This document shows, piece by piece, positions 51,813-63,775 of a stretch of 63,775 bases of DNA. Both the position numbers and the translations under genes were made by a program. The notes below the pieces were generated by a model. It made no database searches. It saw only the letters and a program-made list of their open reading frames with translations, and had not been told where the DNA came from. The DNA is from Octopus bimaculoides (lineage: Eukaryota), in NCBI RefSeq assembly GCF_001194135.2, contig NC_068982.1, forward strand, positions 1,389,569-1,453,343. The letters are read 5' to 3'. Positions within the stretch are counted from its first letter, which is position 1, and every line of letters starts with the position of its first letter.

Positions 51813-53779
51813 TGCACTTCCAAATTGGCTGTTGATAGGACAGACATTGTTTCTACATAAATACCATGAAAACACAGTGTGTAAATAAAATAAATTATAT
51901 ATATATAGAAACGGAGTGGTGGTTCCATCTTACGAAACTATCAATGTTTGATTTGAGGGATTCTTGGATGTTACTTCTTGTATGTCCCTGATTTTGTCTG
52001 TTACATACATTTACCACGTAAAAGCACTATATAATGTAAAATGATATTGAAGCGCATGCTAATAAAAGTTTTAAATATTAACGGTACAAGTCTTAAAATA
52101 CAGGATGCTAAGCCAAGAAGTGTTGTCTCGTAGAATTATCTTGCTAATGTTCATTATCTTATACTGAATTCAGAAAAATTAATAATTATGTTTATGTAAA
52201 ACAGCTGCTATTTTCTTTAACCTGCATTCAAATTCATTTTATTTCTGTGTTAAATGATACAATGCGCTAATAGTGTAAAAAGAAAACTGAACAGAAAATT
52301 AGAAATTTGTTATATGTGTTGCTGCCAACTATAGAACTTTAGTCAATAAGCAAACATGAAAATCCCATTGTGACTCTTTTTTTTTCTTTCATACACTATA
52401 CGAAAAATAGGAACAGCTGTCACAACCAAAGAATCAATAAAAGTTATGAATGAAAATATGTCTTCTAGCACATTTAAAAGAAGCATCTGTATTTTTATAT
52501 GATATCCTTTTTCATATGTGCTACGTTCGCTAGAATGCAACCGGCTTTCAATGCATTTTGTTATAGCGATATTGCTTTCAAGTAGAACAATTGTAAGACC
52601 CCTATCGAAAATCCTAACAGACTGCATAAGGGAATAAACGATTGAAAAGAAACAGTTTCTTGTATGTTAGTGAAACAAGATCAAAGTGAAACATATGGCA
52701 GGAAATTCAAAGACTTTCCAGTCACCTATGACAGACATTAAAGGAAAATAGAAATGTCGAATCATGAGATGTAACGGAGACACATAGTTTGTTATTTAGA
52801 AGGTGATGTGCTTCTAAGTTCATGACATTATATGAAGTTACAGATTTTGTCTTTTATTAAATGATTTTGTGAATCATTCGCTAGATAAGATTTATGAAAA
52901 ACACCTCAAGTCATCTTCGCAGAATCAGCCTGAGACTGTTATAGAAATAAAATCACGCACGCACTTCATGATCTCATAGTTAGCTGTCAAGTAAAATCGA
53001 AGAAAGTCAGTATTGATATTATGACTATTGTGCTGATCGAAACCTCTAAACTTATGAGCTATTGATATACTTTATAGAAACAATTAAAAGAAACACTGAA
53101 CTACAGAGAAAAGTTTAAATTGGAAGGAAAATACTGATAAAATAAACATTGATTTAACGGAATTTTAAATAAAGTTTAAAATATATTATCAAATTGTATA
53201 TAAAAAAGATATTGGAAATTAGATATCATCATATATTGCCAAACAGACTATCTCTTGCTGACACCGATTCGGTCTGGTCTGTTATTGCTTCTCGTGCGAA
53301 TGCAAGAAAAATTTATTCAATAACACGACAATGGAATTCTCCAGACGTTTGTGAAGCTTATAGGTAAGGAAAAATTATACGAATGATGTTTCTTCCGAAC
53401 TGCATAAAAATATTATTAAAATAGGATATGAGTTGAGGATGGAAACGGTATTTAGTTTATCACGTTTATCAATTATACATTAAGAGAAAAACATAGTGCA
53501 CCTTAGAGTGAGACTTAAGGCAAACATTGAGACATGGTTTCCATACCTAGTTGATGCATGTGTGAAGATTATGGGCTTCACAATAATCGGTTTCCAACTC
53601 AGCATTATCAGAACGGAAGAAAACCGAACTTAGAGGCAGAACTGAAAATCAATAAACCTTTGTTAGAACAGACTACATCGGCACAAATAAAAGTGGAAAT
53701 AAAAATTAAGAAATAAATTTCAATTACTAAGATAAGAAAGAAAAAAAATAGATATGATTCGGCCAAAGATTGGTGCAGA

Positions 53780-54780
53780 CCATGTCTAACTCAATAGGAC
53801 CACCTGATAGGATCTGTTAAGTCATTTTGAAGATATGTTTTGTGGTATCATGGCCCATTCAGGCAGGGAGTTATTGTTGACTGAGATGTATCCACGTATA
53901 TGTGGTTTAACTGGTGTCCCTTGAACAAATTTGTCCAGGTTTCGTTTGAAGGTGACGGGAATCTTTATCTTCTTTGATTTGTTTTGAGATAATGTTAAAC
54001 AGGGCAGGCCTTGTTGAGGAAAATAATTTTTTGTCTGATAGTGAATTTATGCGTCGTGAACCTTAATTGCATAGGGGGCGTATAAGGTCCTTTGGACAAT
54101 GCTGATGGTTTCTTTCCCACATTGTGTAAATGATGTAGCGCGCTGGAGAGAATAAAGCTTTGCCGTAAAAAAAAACAAAGAAAAACTATATTTTTGTGTT
54201 TACAAACTTCCGGTACGCGATGTGCAAAATTATGTGCAGCTAGGGAAGTTGGTTCAATGTTACTTTCCTCATCCCATTTGTTTGTACAACAGATTGAATA
54301 CGAGCACTGACTGCTTTGCGTAGGAATATAATTTGTTCATAATCCAATTCACGTTGAATTATCCTGTCACATTCTGTAGTTTCTCATAACGTTGAACAGG
54401 TTGTTTATAAGCCAGTTCAGGAGACCAAATGCATGTATCAAGATACGATATGACTATTTTTTTCAATCTCTTCAGCTATTCATTTCTTACTCTGTAATTA
54501 ATTGATCGATCAATCTCAGCGTCTTCTCATATTGTCAAACATAATAACAATTTTCACCTCTGTGTATAAGTTGTATTACTATTCCGTCGATTGCTATGTT
54601 TTTAGGTTGTTTTTTATATTTTTGCCGAGCTCACGATTTTGTAGTCTTACCTAATAAATTCATGTTCCGATATTGGGTAGTGAGATCCAACTACTTATTT
54701 TGGTTAATATTTGGTCCTTGGAGTCTCAGTTCATCTTGAAAGAAGATGAAAGATATTTCTAGATGCAAAGTACTAATTTC
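53780..54780 (-). mobile_element. CR1-like LINE 3' fragment (heavily decayed)
   Basis: FKRNLDKFVQGTPVKPHIRGYISVNNNSLPEW (53855-53950); IWSP-like remnant upstream. Confidence 0.6.
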
Positions 54781-55207
54781 TAAAAACATACTTTTGTAGC
54801 TGTGGCGCGTGTTGTAGCAATGTTACTGGGATGAGTTATTGGTTAATTTACGGAAGACTGCATATAATAATTCCACAGCACCAAGCAAGTAATTAAACAA
54901 TTCATTAAGTCGCCCAAGTCATAAAAAGATGTTCATGTATTACAATTATACACATAGAAGAATCAGCAGGATTAAAATAGCGTAACACAGCATGCAAAAA
55001 GCTGGCTATCCAAAGTGTTTACCACGGAACGGGCTTAATATAATGAATATATATATATATATATATATANNNNNNNNNNNNNNNNNNNNNNNNNNNNNNN
55101 NNNNNNNNNNNNNNNNNNNNNNNNNNNNNNNNNNNNNNNNNNNNNNNNNNNTATGTATATAGGGCAAATGAAAAACAGAAGATGGAATGTACGAGAATTT
55201 ATTATTA

Positions 55208-55313
55208 ATCGCGACAGTTGTTTCGATGCATCTAGCGTTGATTCCTCATGGCTGGGATACTCAACAACTGGTTCAGGAGCATCCGGTGGTGCAGATGTAT
55301 CTCGTCAGGTGAT
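55208..55313 (-). ncRNA. Type-I hammerhead ribozyme motif, core intact, GUC site
   Basis: AUCAC-CUGACGA-GAUACAUCU-[59 nt]-AGAUGCAUC-GAAA-CAACUG-U-C-GCGAU. Stem II 8/9 bp, stem I 4/5 bp. Confidence 0.8.
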
Positions 55314-55865
55314 AGATACAACTCGTTAAAATAACAGTTCCGCAATGTAACTTCTCGTTTTGTAGAAAGAAAAACAGCCAGACGGAGGAAATATCTTCAT
55401 TTATATAGAAGATCAAAACTAAAATTACAAAGGGGAAAAAGAGAAACAAACACGTAATCCAGCGAGAAAAGTATTAAAAATAACTGTTAACAAACATGGA
55501 TGTATAAAAGCCCTCGAGCAAGCTGTATGGTACGAGTACACTCGCTCATACAAGCATCCGCGAAAATGTGAGCATACACACACGTAAGGTTTGGTGTACT
55601 CATGATCACAAAGCGAGTTAACTATCTAATTGGTGTTTGTAAGAATGGGGGAGGTTAAGACTAAACTTACTTCATCCATACCTTCAAGTAAATTATGTTA
55701 ACGGTTACTCAAAATTCATTCCCACTGCATTATGCGAAAATACATTTTTATGTAGGTTTCATGAGATGAGAATTCTTTAGCTATCATAATTTCCCTTCTG
55801 ATTTCAAGCACAATTGAGACCAAATTGCCTCTCTATCATTGCAGGCTCGGTACATACACACATAC

Positions 55866-55896
<31 letters not shown>

Positions 55897-56931
55897 CATA
55901 CATACATACATACATACGTACGTACGTACATATATATATATATATATATATANNNNNNNNNNNNNNNNNNNNNNNNNNNNNNNNNNNNNNNNNNNNNNNN
56001 NNNNNNNNNNNNNNNNNNNNNNNNNNNNNNNNNNNNNNNNNNNNNNNNNNNNNNNNNNNNNNNNNNNNNNNNNNNNNNNNNNNNNNNNNNNNNNNNNNNN
56101 NNNNNNNNNNNNNNNNNNNNNNNNNNNNNNNNNNNNNNNNNNNNNNNNNNNNNNNNNNNNNNNNNNNNNNNNNNNNNNNNNNNNNNNNNNNNNNNNNNNN
56201 NNNNNNNNNNNNNNNNNNNNNNNNNNNNNNNNNNNNNNNNNNNNNNNNNNNNNNNNNNNNNNNNNNNNNNNNNNNNNNNNNNNNNNNNNNNNNNNNNNNN
56301 NNNNNNNNNNNNNNNNNNNNNNNNNNNNNNNNNNNNNNNNNNNNNNNNNNNNNNNNNNNNNNNNNNNNNNNNNNNNNNNNNNNNNNNNNNNNNNNNNNNN
56401 NNNNNNNNNNNNNNNNNNNNNNNNNNNNNNNNNNNNNNNNNNNNNNNNNNNNNNNNNNNNNNNNNNNNNNNNNNNNNNNNNNNNNNNNNNNNNNNNNNNN
56501 NNNNNNNNNNNNNNNNNNNNNNNNNNNNNNNNNNNNNNNNNNNNNNNNNNNNNNNNNNNNNNNNNNNNNNNNNNNNNNNNNNNNNNNNNNNNNNNNNNNN
56601 NNNNNNNNNNNNNNNNNNNNNNNNNNNNNNNNNNNNNNNNNNNNNNNNNNNNNNNNNNNNNNNNNNNNNNNNNNNNNNNNNNNNNNNNNNNNNNNNNNNN
56701 NNNNNNNNNNNNNNNNNNNNNNNNNNNNNNNNNNNNNNNNNNNNNNNNNNNNNNNNNNNNNNNNNNNNNNNNNNNNNNNNNNNNNNNNNNNNNNNNNNNN
56801 NNNNNNNNNNNNNNNNNNNNNNNNNNNNNNNNNNNNNNNNNNNNNNNNNNNNNNNNNNNNNNNNNNNNNNNNNNNNNNNNNNNNNNNNNNNNNNNNNNNN
56901 NNNNNNNNNNNNNNNNNNNNNNNTATATGTA

Positions 56932-56997
<66 letters not shown>

Positions 56998-57042
56998 CAA
57001 GTATATACATACATATATACAAGTATATATGTGCATGTATGC

Positions 57043-57083
<41 letters not shown>

Positions 57084-57281
57084 CCTACACAAACATACAT
57101 ATATGTATACATGCATATGGATTGGTAAAATTGATGTAGATAGCACTGATGAGAACTCAATAAGGTTAGAAATTAGATTAATGTTGTTTATAGTTGTTCC
57201 ACTCTCCGGAGAAATAGTTAAATTAGCTCTGTCTATACATCTGCTATACAGGTTACGTACACACACACACACACAGACACA

Positions 57282-57321
<40 letters not shown>

Positions 57322-57799
57322 GCCGTCTATGTATGTTGGTAAATGAAAATATCATGTATCTAGTAAAATATTTTTCTTCTTTAGTGTGAATTTCCCTGTC
57401 TCTCAATATATCCATGTGTATCTTATTTTAACACACTCGTACAGGCACATACATCCTGAAGCAACGAGAAATTCTCAGCATGGGGACTTTACCTGTTTGC
57501 AATAGTAGACATAAATTCCTGAAATCAAAATCTGTCATCTTAACAAAAGTACTCAGTAAACTATATATACAATAAGAGAAGTATCACATTGAATGTAATG
57601 TGTGACGAAAATCACTCACACAAAATTATTCTGAGAGATGATAAATATAATGAAGTAGTAATTAATATAAGTTTCCTTTAAACTCCTAATTACCTGCTTC
57701 ATTAGACATTTAACGTTTTTCAGTTCTATATTTAAGAGATGTGAAATTATGTACATTATTTACATTTGACGTATATTTGTCCTCATCTTGTTTGTTGTT

Positions 57800-57845
57800 A
57801 ACACAACGTTTCTGCTGATATACCCTCCAGCCTTCATCAGGTGTC
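57800..57845 (-). ncRNA. Minimal type-I hammerhead motif
   Basis: GACAC-CUGAUGA-A-GGCUG-GAGGGUAUAU-CAGCa-GAAA-CG-U-U-GUGUU. Stem III is the palindrome AACGUU; the first stem II pair is a G.A mismatch. Confidence 0.75.
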
Positions 57846-57939
57846 TTGGGAAAATTGCGAACCTGGGTTCTCGTTCCTAAGGTGTTTTTCGATGTTGTTG
57901 TTGCTGTTATTCTTCTTCTTATTATTATTATCATTATTA

Positions 57940-58013
57940 TTCAGGTCACTGTCTGGAATCGAACTCGGAATCTTGAGGTTAGTAGCCCGCGCTCTTAACC
58001 ACTACGCCATATG
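57940..58013 (-). promoter_or_regulatory. tRNA-derived Pol III internal promoter module
   Basis: A-box TGGCGTAGTGG (58009-57999) and B-box GAGTTCGATTCC (57966-57955). Confidence 0.75.
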
Positions 58014-60019
58014 CAATTATGGAGTGAATTTTAGGGCTTATAAATCTAATATTTTCCTATCCTTCCTTAATACCGGTTCCCATATACTATTCGTATCTGC
58101 ACTCGGTCTGCTTAGGAGGTTGTTGCGTCCTAGTATATTTGCTGCTCCTTTTAGTTTTCGTATTTTCCAGTGGTGTCCTCTGTCTATTATTTTAACTTCA
58201 TCCCACAGCGGGAGGTGGTCTCCCTTTTTAACGTTTTTGTTTACAACTGCGTACTTTGATTGGACCGACCTATTTGAAAACTATTGTCGTTCTGATTATT
58301 GCTTTCTCAGGTATGTTAGAAAGAGGAGTGTGAGCGAGCGAACTGGCAGCTATTTTAGCATGTCAGGAGAGCATTGAGAGAATCCTTAATTGGAATTATT
58401 CGTCATGTTTCCATGTGCTGAATATCAACAATGTGAGAGTATCAGGGAAAAAACTTTAAGATGAAGTGACCGAAAGAATGTAACCAATATAGAGATCAGT
58501 GTTTATAGCCTGTGAATACTGGTTCATATAAATGGATTTCTATTACAATAGAGAAACATTGTGAAAAAAAGTGAAAGAGGAAGCACTGAAATCCTATTAC
58601 TAGTGTAATTTGTAAGCAAAGTGTCGAATGGTTGATTTTCAGAGGGAATTAAGATATAAAGAAAACAGCTATGAGAAGATGAATGATGGTCACAGATGGA
58701 CTTAGTGTAGTTTTACCTGTATATTGTTTATGTGTGAATTGTTAATAATTTGACACCTTGAGAAGAACAATTAATAAACAATTGTTAGTTATGCTTTTAC
58801 AAATTAACTGCTGAAATTATGACAGAAATATGAAGCTATATAATTGAAGAAGGCAAAGGAGACACGTTTGAAACCATTATTCTTGACATGAACATTAATT
58901 AATCTATTTGTTTAGAGATGTTTCTTCCTTTCTTTTTGAATTATTTACCAAATTTGAGAATTAAGAAAAGAATTGCTTCTAGAAAATTCTTTAACCTCAT
59001 TCGAGAGCCATATTGCGCAAAGTATCTTCTCTGAATTGTTGTGTAATTTACTAAAGTGGGCACTGTGTTTTTTATTTCAGTAAAATAATAAATAGTCACT
59101 GAACATGATTATTTCCCAACAAAGAAGCAAGATGTTGCCAGTTTTATTGCCACTGGAAATCTATATTGGTTTCAGAAAGGAAAGAAACAGAGATATTTAT
59201 TTTCTGCTTAACAAACAACTAAACGTAGTTTAACAAAGAGCTTTATTAGTTTTGCCAACAGGATTTAGTGACGCAGCTATCATACTACCGACTGCACATA
59301 CCTTTTAATTTTCTAAGTTTATATCAATGATATTTCAGAGAAAAAAAGGTAAGAGTAATTACCCAATGTCTGTTTAGATGTTTTTAAGTTGTAGTGCAAG
59401 TCACAACTAGAGGCACATGGTGCCATTATGTGCCATTAATGAATCATCAATGAGCTGGCAGCGCGTAATCTATGTTGCCCTATAAACGTGAAAATAGTCG
59501 CTTCAGTAATAATAGTTTCAGATTAGAGTTATCATCTATTCCTGCCCCACTCCCACGGGTATTGGATGAATGTCAACGTGGTTTTCTTGTCTGTAAGTGA
59601 GAGCTAATTTGCAACAACTCAGTTGAATATGAAACACTCATAGAAATGTTGCACACGACTAAGAAGAATGCCAGGGAAGACCAAACTGAACTTAATGTAT
59701 ATGTATATATATATATACATATATATATATATAGATAGATATAGATATAGAGAGAGAGAGAGGGGGGGGAGAGAATATTTTAAAAGTGTACGATCACCAA
59801 AACAGAAAAAAGGTTTCGGCAGTTATTTTTCAAGAAACGTCATAAATAAGCGAAGAATATTCCGTTCCACTTAGAAAATAGTTAATGCCAAACTTTAAGG
59901 AGTATTTTCAATAAACAGACTTAAGGATTAAAAGAAAGGGAAAATAAAAAAAACTGAACTTGTAATATTTATAAATTTAATGTGGGAAATAACGGTAACG
60001 GAAATATATTTAAGGGGGG

Positions 60020-60162
60020 GGGGTAAGTCGATGCCACAGACTTCAATGATGAACTGGTACTTCTTTTAATCGATCTCTAAAGGATGAAAGACAGAGTGGA
60101 TGTCGGTGGAATTTGTCGCGAAGCATTTTGCCCGGCGTGCTAACGATTCTGCCAGCTCGCCA
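60020..60162 (-). mobile_element. SINE family B (internally deleted)
   Basis: ggcgagctggcagaatcgttagcacgccgggcaaaatgct head. Confidence 0.75.
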
Positions 60163-61215
60163 TTTTGAACAAATGGAAAGAAATTAAATAAACTATTTTA
60201 CTGCAAAACCTTATTCTGAAAGAGGGATAAATATATAATTATTGAGAACTTTTCTAATTGTTACACTGTGGGGAGTACAAACCCTTATTGGAAATTAGAA
60301 TCATTGTATCTGCTAATCAGTTAGTACCACAAACTGTGCGCCAAAGAATTGTATGGCTTTAGTTATTCCTGCTTTTACAGGAACTTTGAGCGTCAAGATC
60401 AAATCTAATGACACCAACAATATGGAAGTCAACTAGAGTTTTGGCAGTTGATTTATTTCTTTGTGGCACAATTACAGAACGGAAGATTCAGTTTACCCTT
60501 TCAGACACAATGTCACTGTTCACTTTACTCCAGCATTTATGAGTTGATGCCAAAACATTCGTCGCACTGTCTGCAGCTTAACCTCTCTCACTGATCCACT
60601 GCAGAATTTATGATAGCTTGGTGGTAAAAGGTCTCTGAGAGAATTCTCTTTCCTTGTTAGAGTACGTTACATTTTAATTTATATGTTTTAATACATCTCT
60701 AAGGAGTAGCGAAGAACTGTCCTGCCACAATTCTTTTCTCGAGTATGATGGAATCCGCAAGCAACCTTATCCTACCCATCGCTACCCCTTTAATGACACG
60801 AACTAATATTACATCAACAAGTTTGGAAAACAATGGCAGCAATGATGAAAGCAATGTAAGTGATGTTAATACAAAATTCTCTTTTCTGTACGCCATGTGC
60901 ATTGTACACGTGATTAACATTGTCACAAATATTGTAATTACACCATCGTCTGTTAATCATTTTCTTTTTCATATACTGTACAATATTTTCGAGTAAAAAG
61001 AAAATGAGAACAGTTAGGTTAGACAATAAACTAACAACTCACTACTCGAAGTTTTAAACTTTCATAGTCTTTCGACAAAAAAAGGCATTATATTCCTAGC
61101 AAATTTACTTCTCAATTTCTTGGTCAGCCGAGCTCTTGGAGGTAGAGTAGCATCTCACATATGGAATACGGTACATTGAAAAGCTTCTATCAAATTTGAT
61201 TATTCATCTAAGACC

Positions 61216-61560
61216 TGGCTCTCCGTCGATTACTACGACGACCGTTCCAGTTGATTCGATCAGTGGAACTGCCTGCTCGTGAAATTAACGTGTAAGTGGC
61301 TGAGTACTCTACAAATACGCGTACCCTTAACGTAGGTCTCGGGGAGATTCAGCGTGACAGAGAATGTGACAGAGAATGTGACAGAGAATGTGACAGAGAA
61401 TGTGACAGAGAATGTGACAACGTAGAAGCAAGTCATTTTTACCAGCTTAGTAAACTGGAGCAATGTGAAATAAAGTGTATTGCTCAAGGACACAGCGCTT
61501 CGCCGAGTATCGAACTCACGCCCTTACGATCGTGAGTCGAAAACCCAGCTATTAAGCCAT
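61216..61560 (-). mobile_element. SINE family E with internal 12-bp minisatellite
   Basis: gagttcgatactc B-box, tgtgtccttgagcaa body, family A tail; gtgacagagaat x5.5 at 61354-61419. Confidence 0.85.
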
Positions 61561-61723
61561 CGAAAGAAGTGACGAAACTTGCATTTCGATCTATCTGAGA
61601 TTTATAAGTAACACGAGAAAGAAAGAACAGGAAACCAAACGTTTTTGAGAAAATCGCCAAATGCTGACCGGAATGGTTCTGGTTTAATCCAGAAAAACAG
61701 GTGAACGTAACGGACATGTTTCG

Positions 61724-62442
61724 GGTGTGTGTGCGTGCGTGTGTATGTATGTATGTATGTATGTATGTATGTATGTATGTGTGTGTGTATGTATGTATGT
61801 ATGTATGTGTGTATGTGTGTGTGTATGTATGTGTGTGTGTATGTATGTATGTGTGTGTGTATGTGTGTATGTCTGTGTGTATGTGTGTGTGTATATGTGT
61901 GTGTATGTGTGTGTATGTGTGTGTATGTATGTGTATGTATGTGTGTGTATGTGTGTGTATGTGTGTGTGTATNNNNNNNNNNNNNNNNNNNNNNNNNNNN
62001 NNNNNNNNNNNNNNNNNNNNNNNNNNNNNNNNNNNNNNNNNNNNNNNNNNNNNNNNNNNNNNNNNNNNNNNNNNNNNNNNNNNNNNNNNNNNNNNNNNNN
62101 NNNNNNNNGTATGTATGTATGTGTGTGTATGTGTGTGTGTATGTGTGTGCATGTATGTGTGTATGTATGTATGTGTGTGTATGTGTGTGTGTATGTGTGT
62201 ATGTATGTATGTGTGTATGTATGTATGTGTGTATGTATGTGTGTGTGTATGTATGTATGTATGTATGTGTGTGTATGTGTGTGTGTATGTGTGTGTGTAT
62301 GTATGCGTGTATGCATGTATGTATGTATGTATGTATGTATGTGTGTTTGTATGTATGTGTGTATGTATGTGTGTATGTATGTATGTATGTATGTATGCAT
62401 GTGTGTTTGTATGTATGTGAGTATGCATGTATGTATGTATAC
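61724..62442. repeat. Complex (GT)/(GTAT)n satellite with internal gap
   Basis: Directly visible. Similar tracts flank the 55953-56923 gap. Confidence 0.95.
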
Positions 62443-63607
62443 ACGCATATACTGCATCTCTTAAATTGAACACCTGAATAAATACAATGTGGTTCTCAGG
62501 AATATAATAAAACCAAAAGTCGTGCCATGCTTTCAACATTTGGTCTTAAAACTATGTCCTCGAAAGCCTGTGCTCTCTAGATTATCCAATAATCTCTATC
62601 AACTGATCTTATCGTGCATATCTGACTTGCGGTAATATATTTCGACAAATCCATTAGGTACTCAGTAAACTTAGTAAAGGCTAATATTCTTCAAAATAGA
62701 TTTCCTCTTCGACTTCAGATTTGCATCAGCAATTCTCACACAACACAATTATGTCCTGAGATATTTATAACAGCGAGTAATAACAAAGAGAAACTAATCT
62801 TCATACAACGTTTTAATATGTTGTTAAGATGAGATAATTAGCATAACTTTGTTAATATCGGGTTTAAGAACATGCACAGGTACATTTAGTGTTAGTATTA
62901 GGGAAAATTACTGAATTTTATTTCGATCATTTGAAGTGATTCTAGCTTCAGAATATGGCTTCTCTCCGGAAAACTTATGGCATGTAAAAACGGCGGTATG
63001 CTATATATTCTTATAATCATTAAGAATTAGTAGATCCTGGTACAAATGTTTCGCTGATCGAATAGTTTTTAATCAGAAGCCACATCAATACAATTTGCTG
63101 TATCTTGGGGGTAAATTTTGTAGTTTTGTTGATAGTTTCGAAAAGTATGCAGAAAACCTCTTTACATGGTTGTTATGCAGTTGTTTTCTTTTGTTTGTTT
63201 CAAACATGAGTCAGATCTCGAAATACCTAAAGCTCATTTAATATATAAAATCTGTTCTTAAAAAGAAGAATTATGGCTTTCAGTTAAGTGTTTCTAGAAG
63301 CATAAAATGAATAAGTAGCGATATTTTCATAACAGCAAGTGCAACACCTAAACATAGAATATGATATTTAAACGAACGCAAAGTTGTCGCATTAGAAATT
63401 GAAGCACCGCAAATATACAATGCAGTATATATTGCAGCTAACTGCATCTTGAGCTCACACCCAACGGAAATATAATTTGTTCCTGTGTTCTTAAAATAAA
63501 GTATAGGGAAGAAAGAGCAGTGGATTTCCTCAGCTGTTTTCTCCTCGAATCTCTAACTTTTCCTATGTATGTATGTATGTATGCATGTATTCATGTATGT
63601 ATGTATG

Positions 63608-63764
63608 GTGGGCTTCTTTGAGTTTGCCCTCCACCAAATCCACTCACAAGGCTTTGGTCGGCCCAGGATTATTGTAGAAAACATTTGTCCAAGGTTCGAA
63701 GCAGTGGGACTGAACCGGGAACCATGTGGTTAGGATGCACACGTCTTACCGCACAGCCACGCCT
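63608..63764 (-). mobile_element. SINE family C, left half
   Basis: ggcgtggctgtgcggtaag head, gggccgaccaaagccttgtgagtggatttgg; ends in (CATA)n. Confidence 0.8.
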
Positions 63765-63775
63765 ATATATATATA

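Larger units (their letters stand above)
57715..58375 (-). mobile_element. Penelope-like element 3' end: GIY-YIG C-terminus + tRNA-like module + hammerhead tail
   Basis: LWDEVKIIDRGHHWKIRKLKGAANILGRNNLLSRPSADTNSIWEPVL..stop (58226-58038), then A/B boxes, an (AAT)/(AAC) tract and a hammerhead. Confidence 0.7.

Noticed and set aside
52330-53760. Coding-like AT-rich stretch with Cys clusters
   Set aside because: Frequent stops and no recognisable motif; cannot be supported.
57144-57180. ctgatgag..gaaa on the plus strand
   Set aside because: Stems I and III do not pair; a chance match.
55784-57342. Very long ORFs (400-500 aa) and similar X-rich or HT/CV/YI ORFs elsewhere
   Set aside because: They are N gaps plus dinucleotide or tetranucleotide repeats, not genes.
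57940-58013. Genuine tRNA gene
   Set aside because: It is embedded in a retroelement and runs into a microsatellite; treated as a tRNA-derived module. All other tRNA-like heads are SINEs.
60699-60926. KGVAMG resembling the PLE RT G.AMG motif
   Set aside because: A single short motif with no other RT motifs nearby.
61354-61419. CRISPR-like array
   Set aside because: Pure tandem repeat with no spacers, in a eukaryotic context.
61700-61725. Minus-strand GAAA-CAUG-UC half hammerhead beside the large satellite
   Set aside because: No CUGANGA partner found across the repeat.

Overview
AT-rich, repeat-dense eukaryotic scaffold with many N gaps next to microsatellites (short-read assembly). Composition and SINE repertoire suggest a cephalopod (Octopus-like) genome; this is inference, not a database result. 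Most of the window is transposable-element debris: several tRNA-derived SINE families built from shared modules, non-LTR retrotransposon fragments (RTE, Tx1/L1, CR1-like, R4/Dong-like), Penelope-like (PLE) fragments and mariner derivatives. Two things stand out. (1) Six type-I hammerhead ribozyme motifs from different repeat families, nearly all with a short palindromic stem III. One sits downstream of a PLE GIY-YIG C-terminus and a tRNA-like A/B-box module. (2) A hand-built 5-exon minus-strand gene model (43260 to 5433) encoding an unrecognised 82-aa, possibly secreted two-cysteine protein, with an NRF1/ETS-type promoter candidate. Almost all long ORFs in the supplied track are gap or microsatellite artefacts. 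No prokaryotic features, CRISPR arrays, rRNA or genuine tRNA genes were seen.
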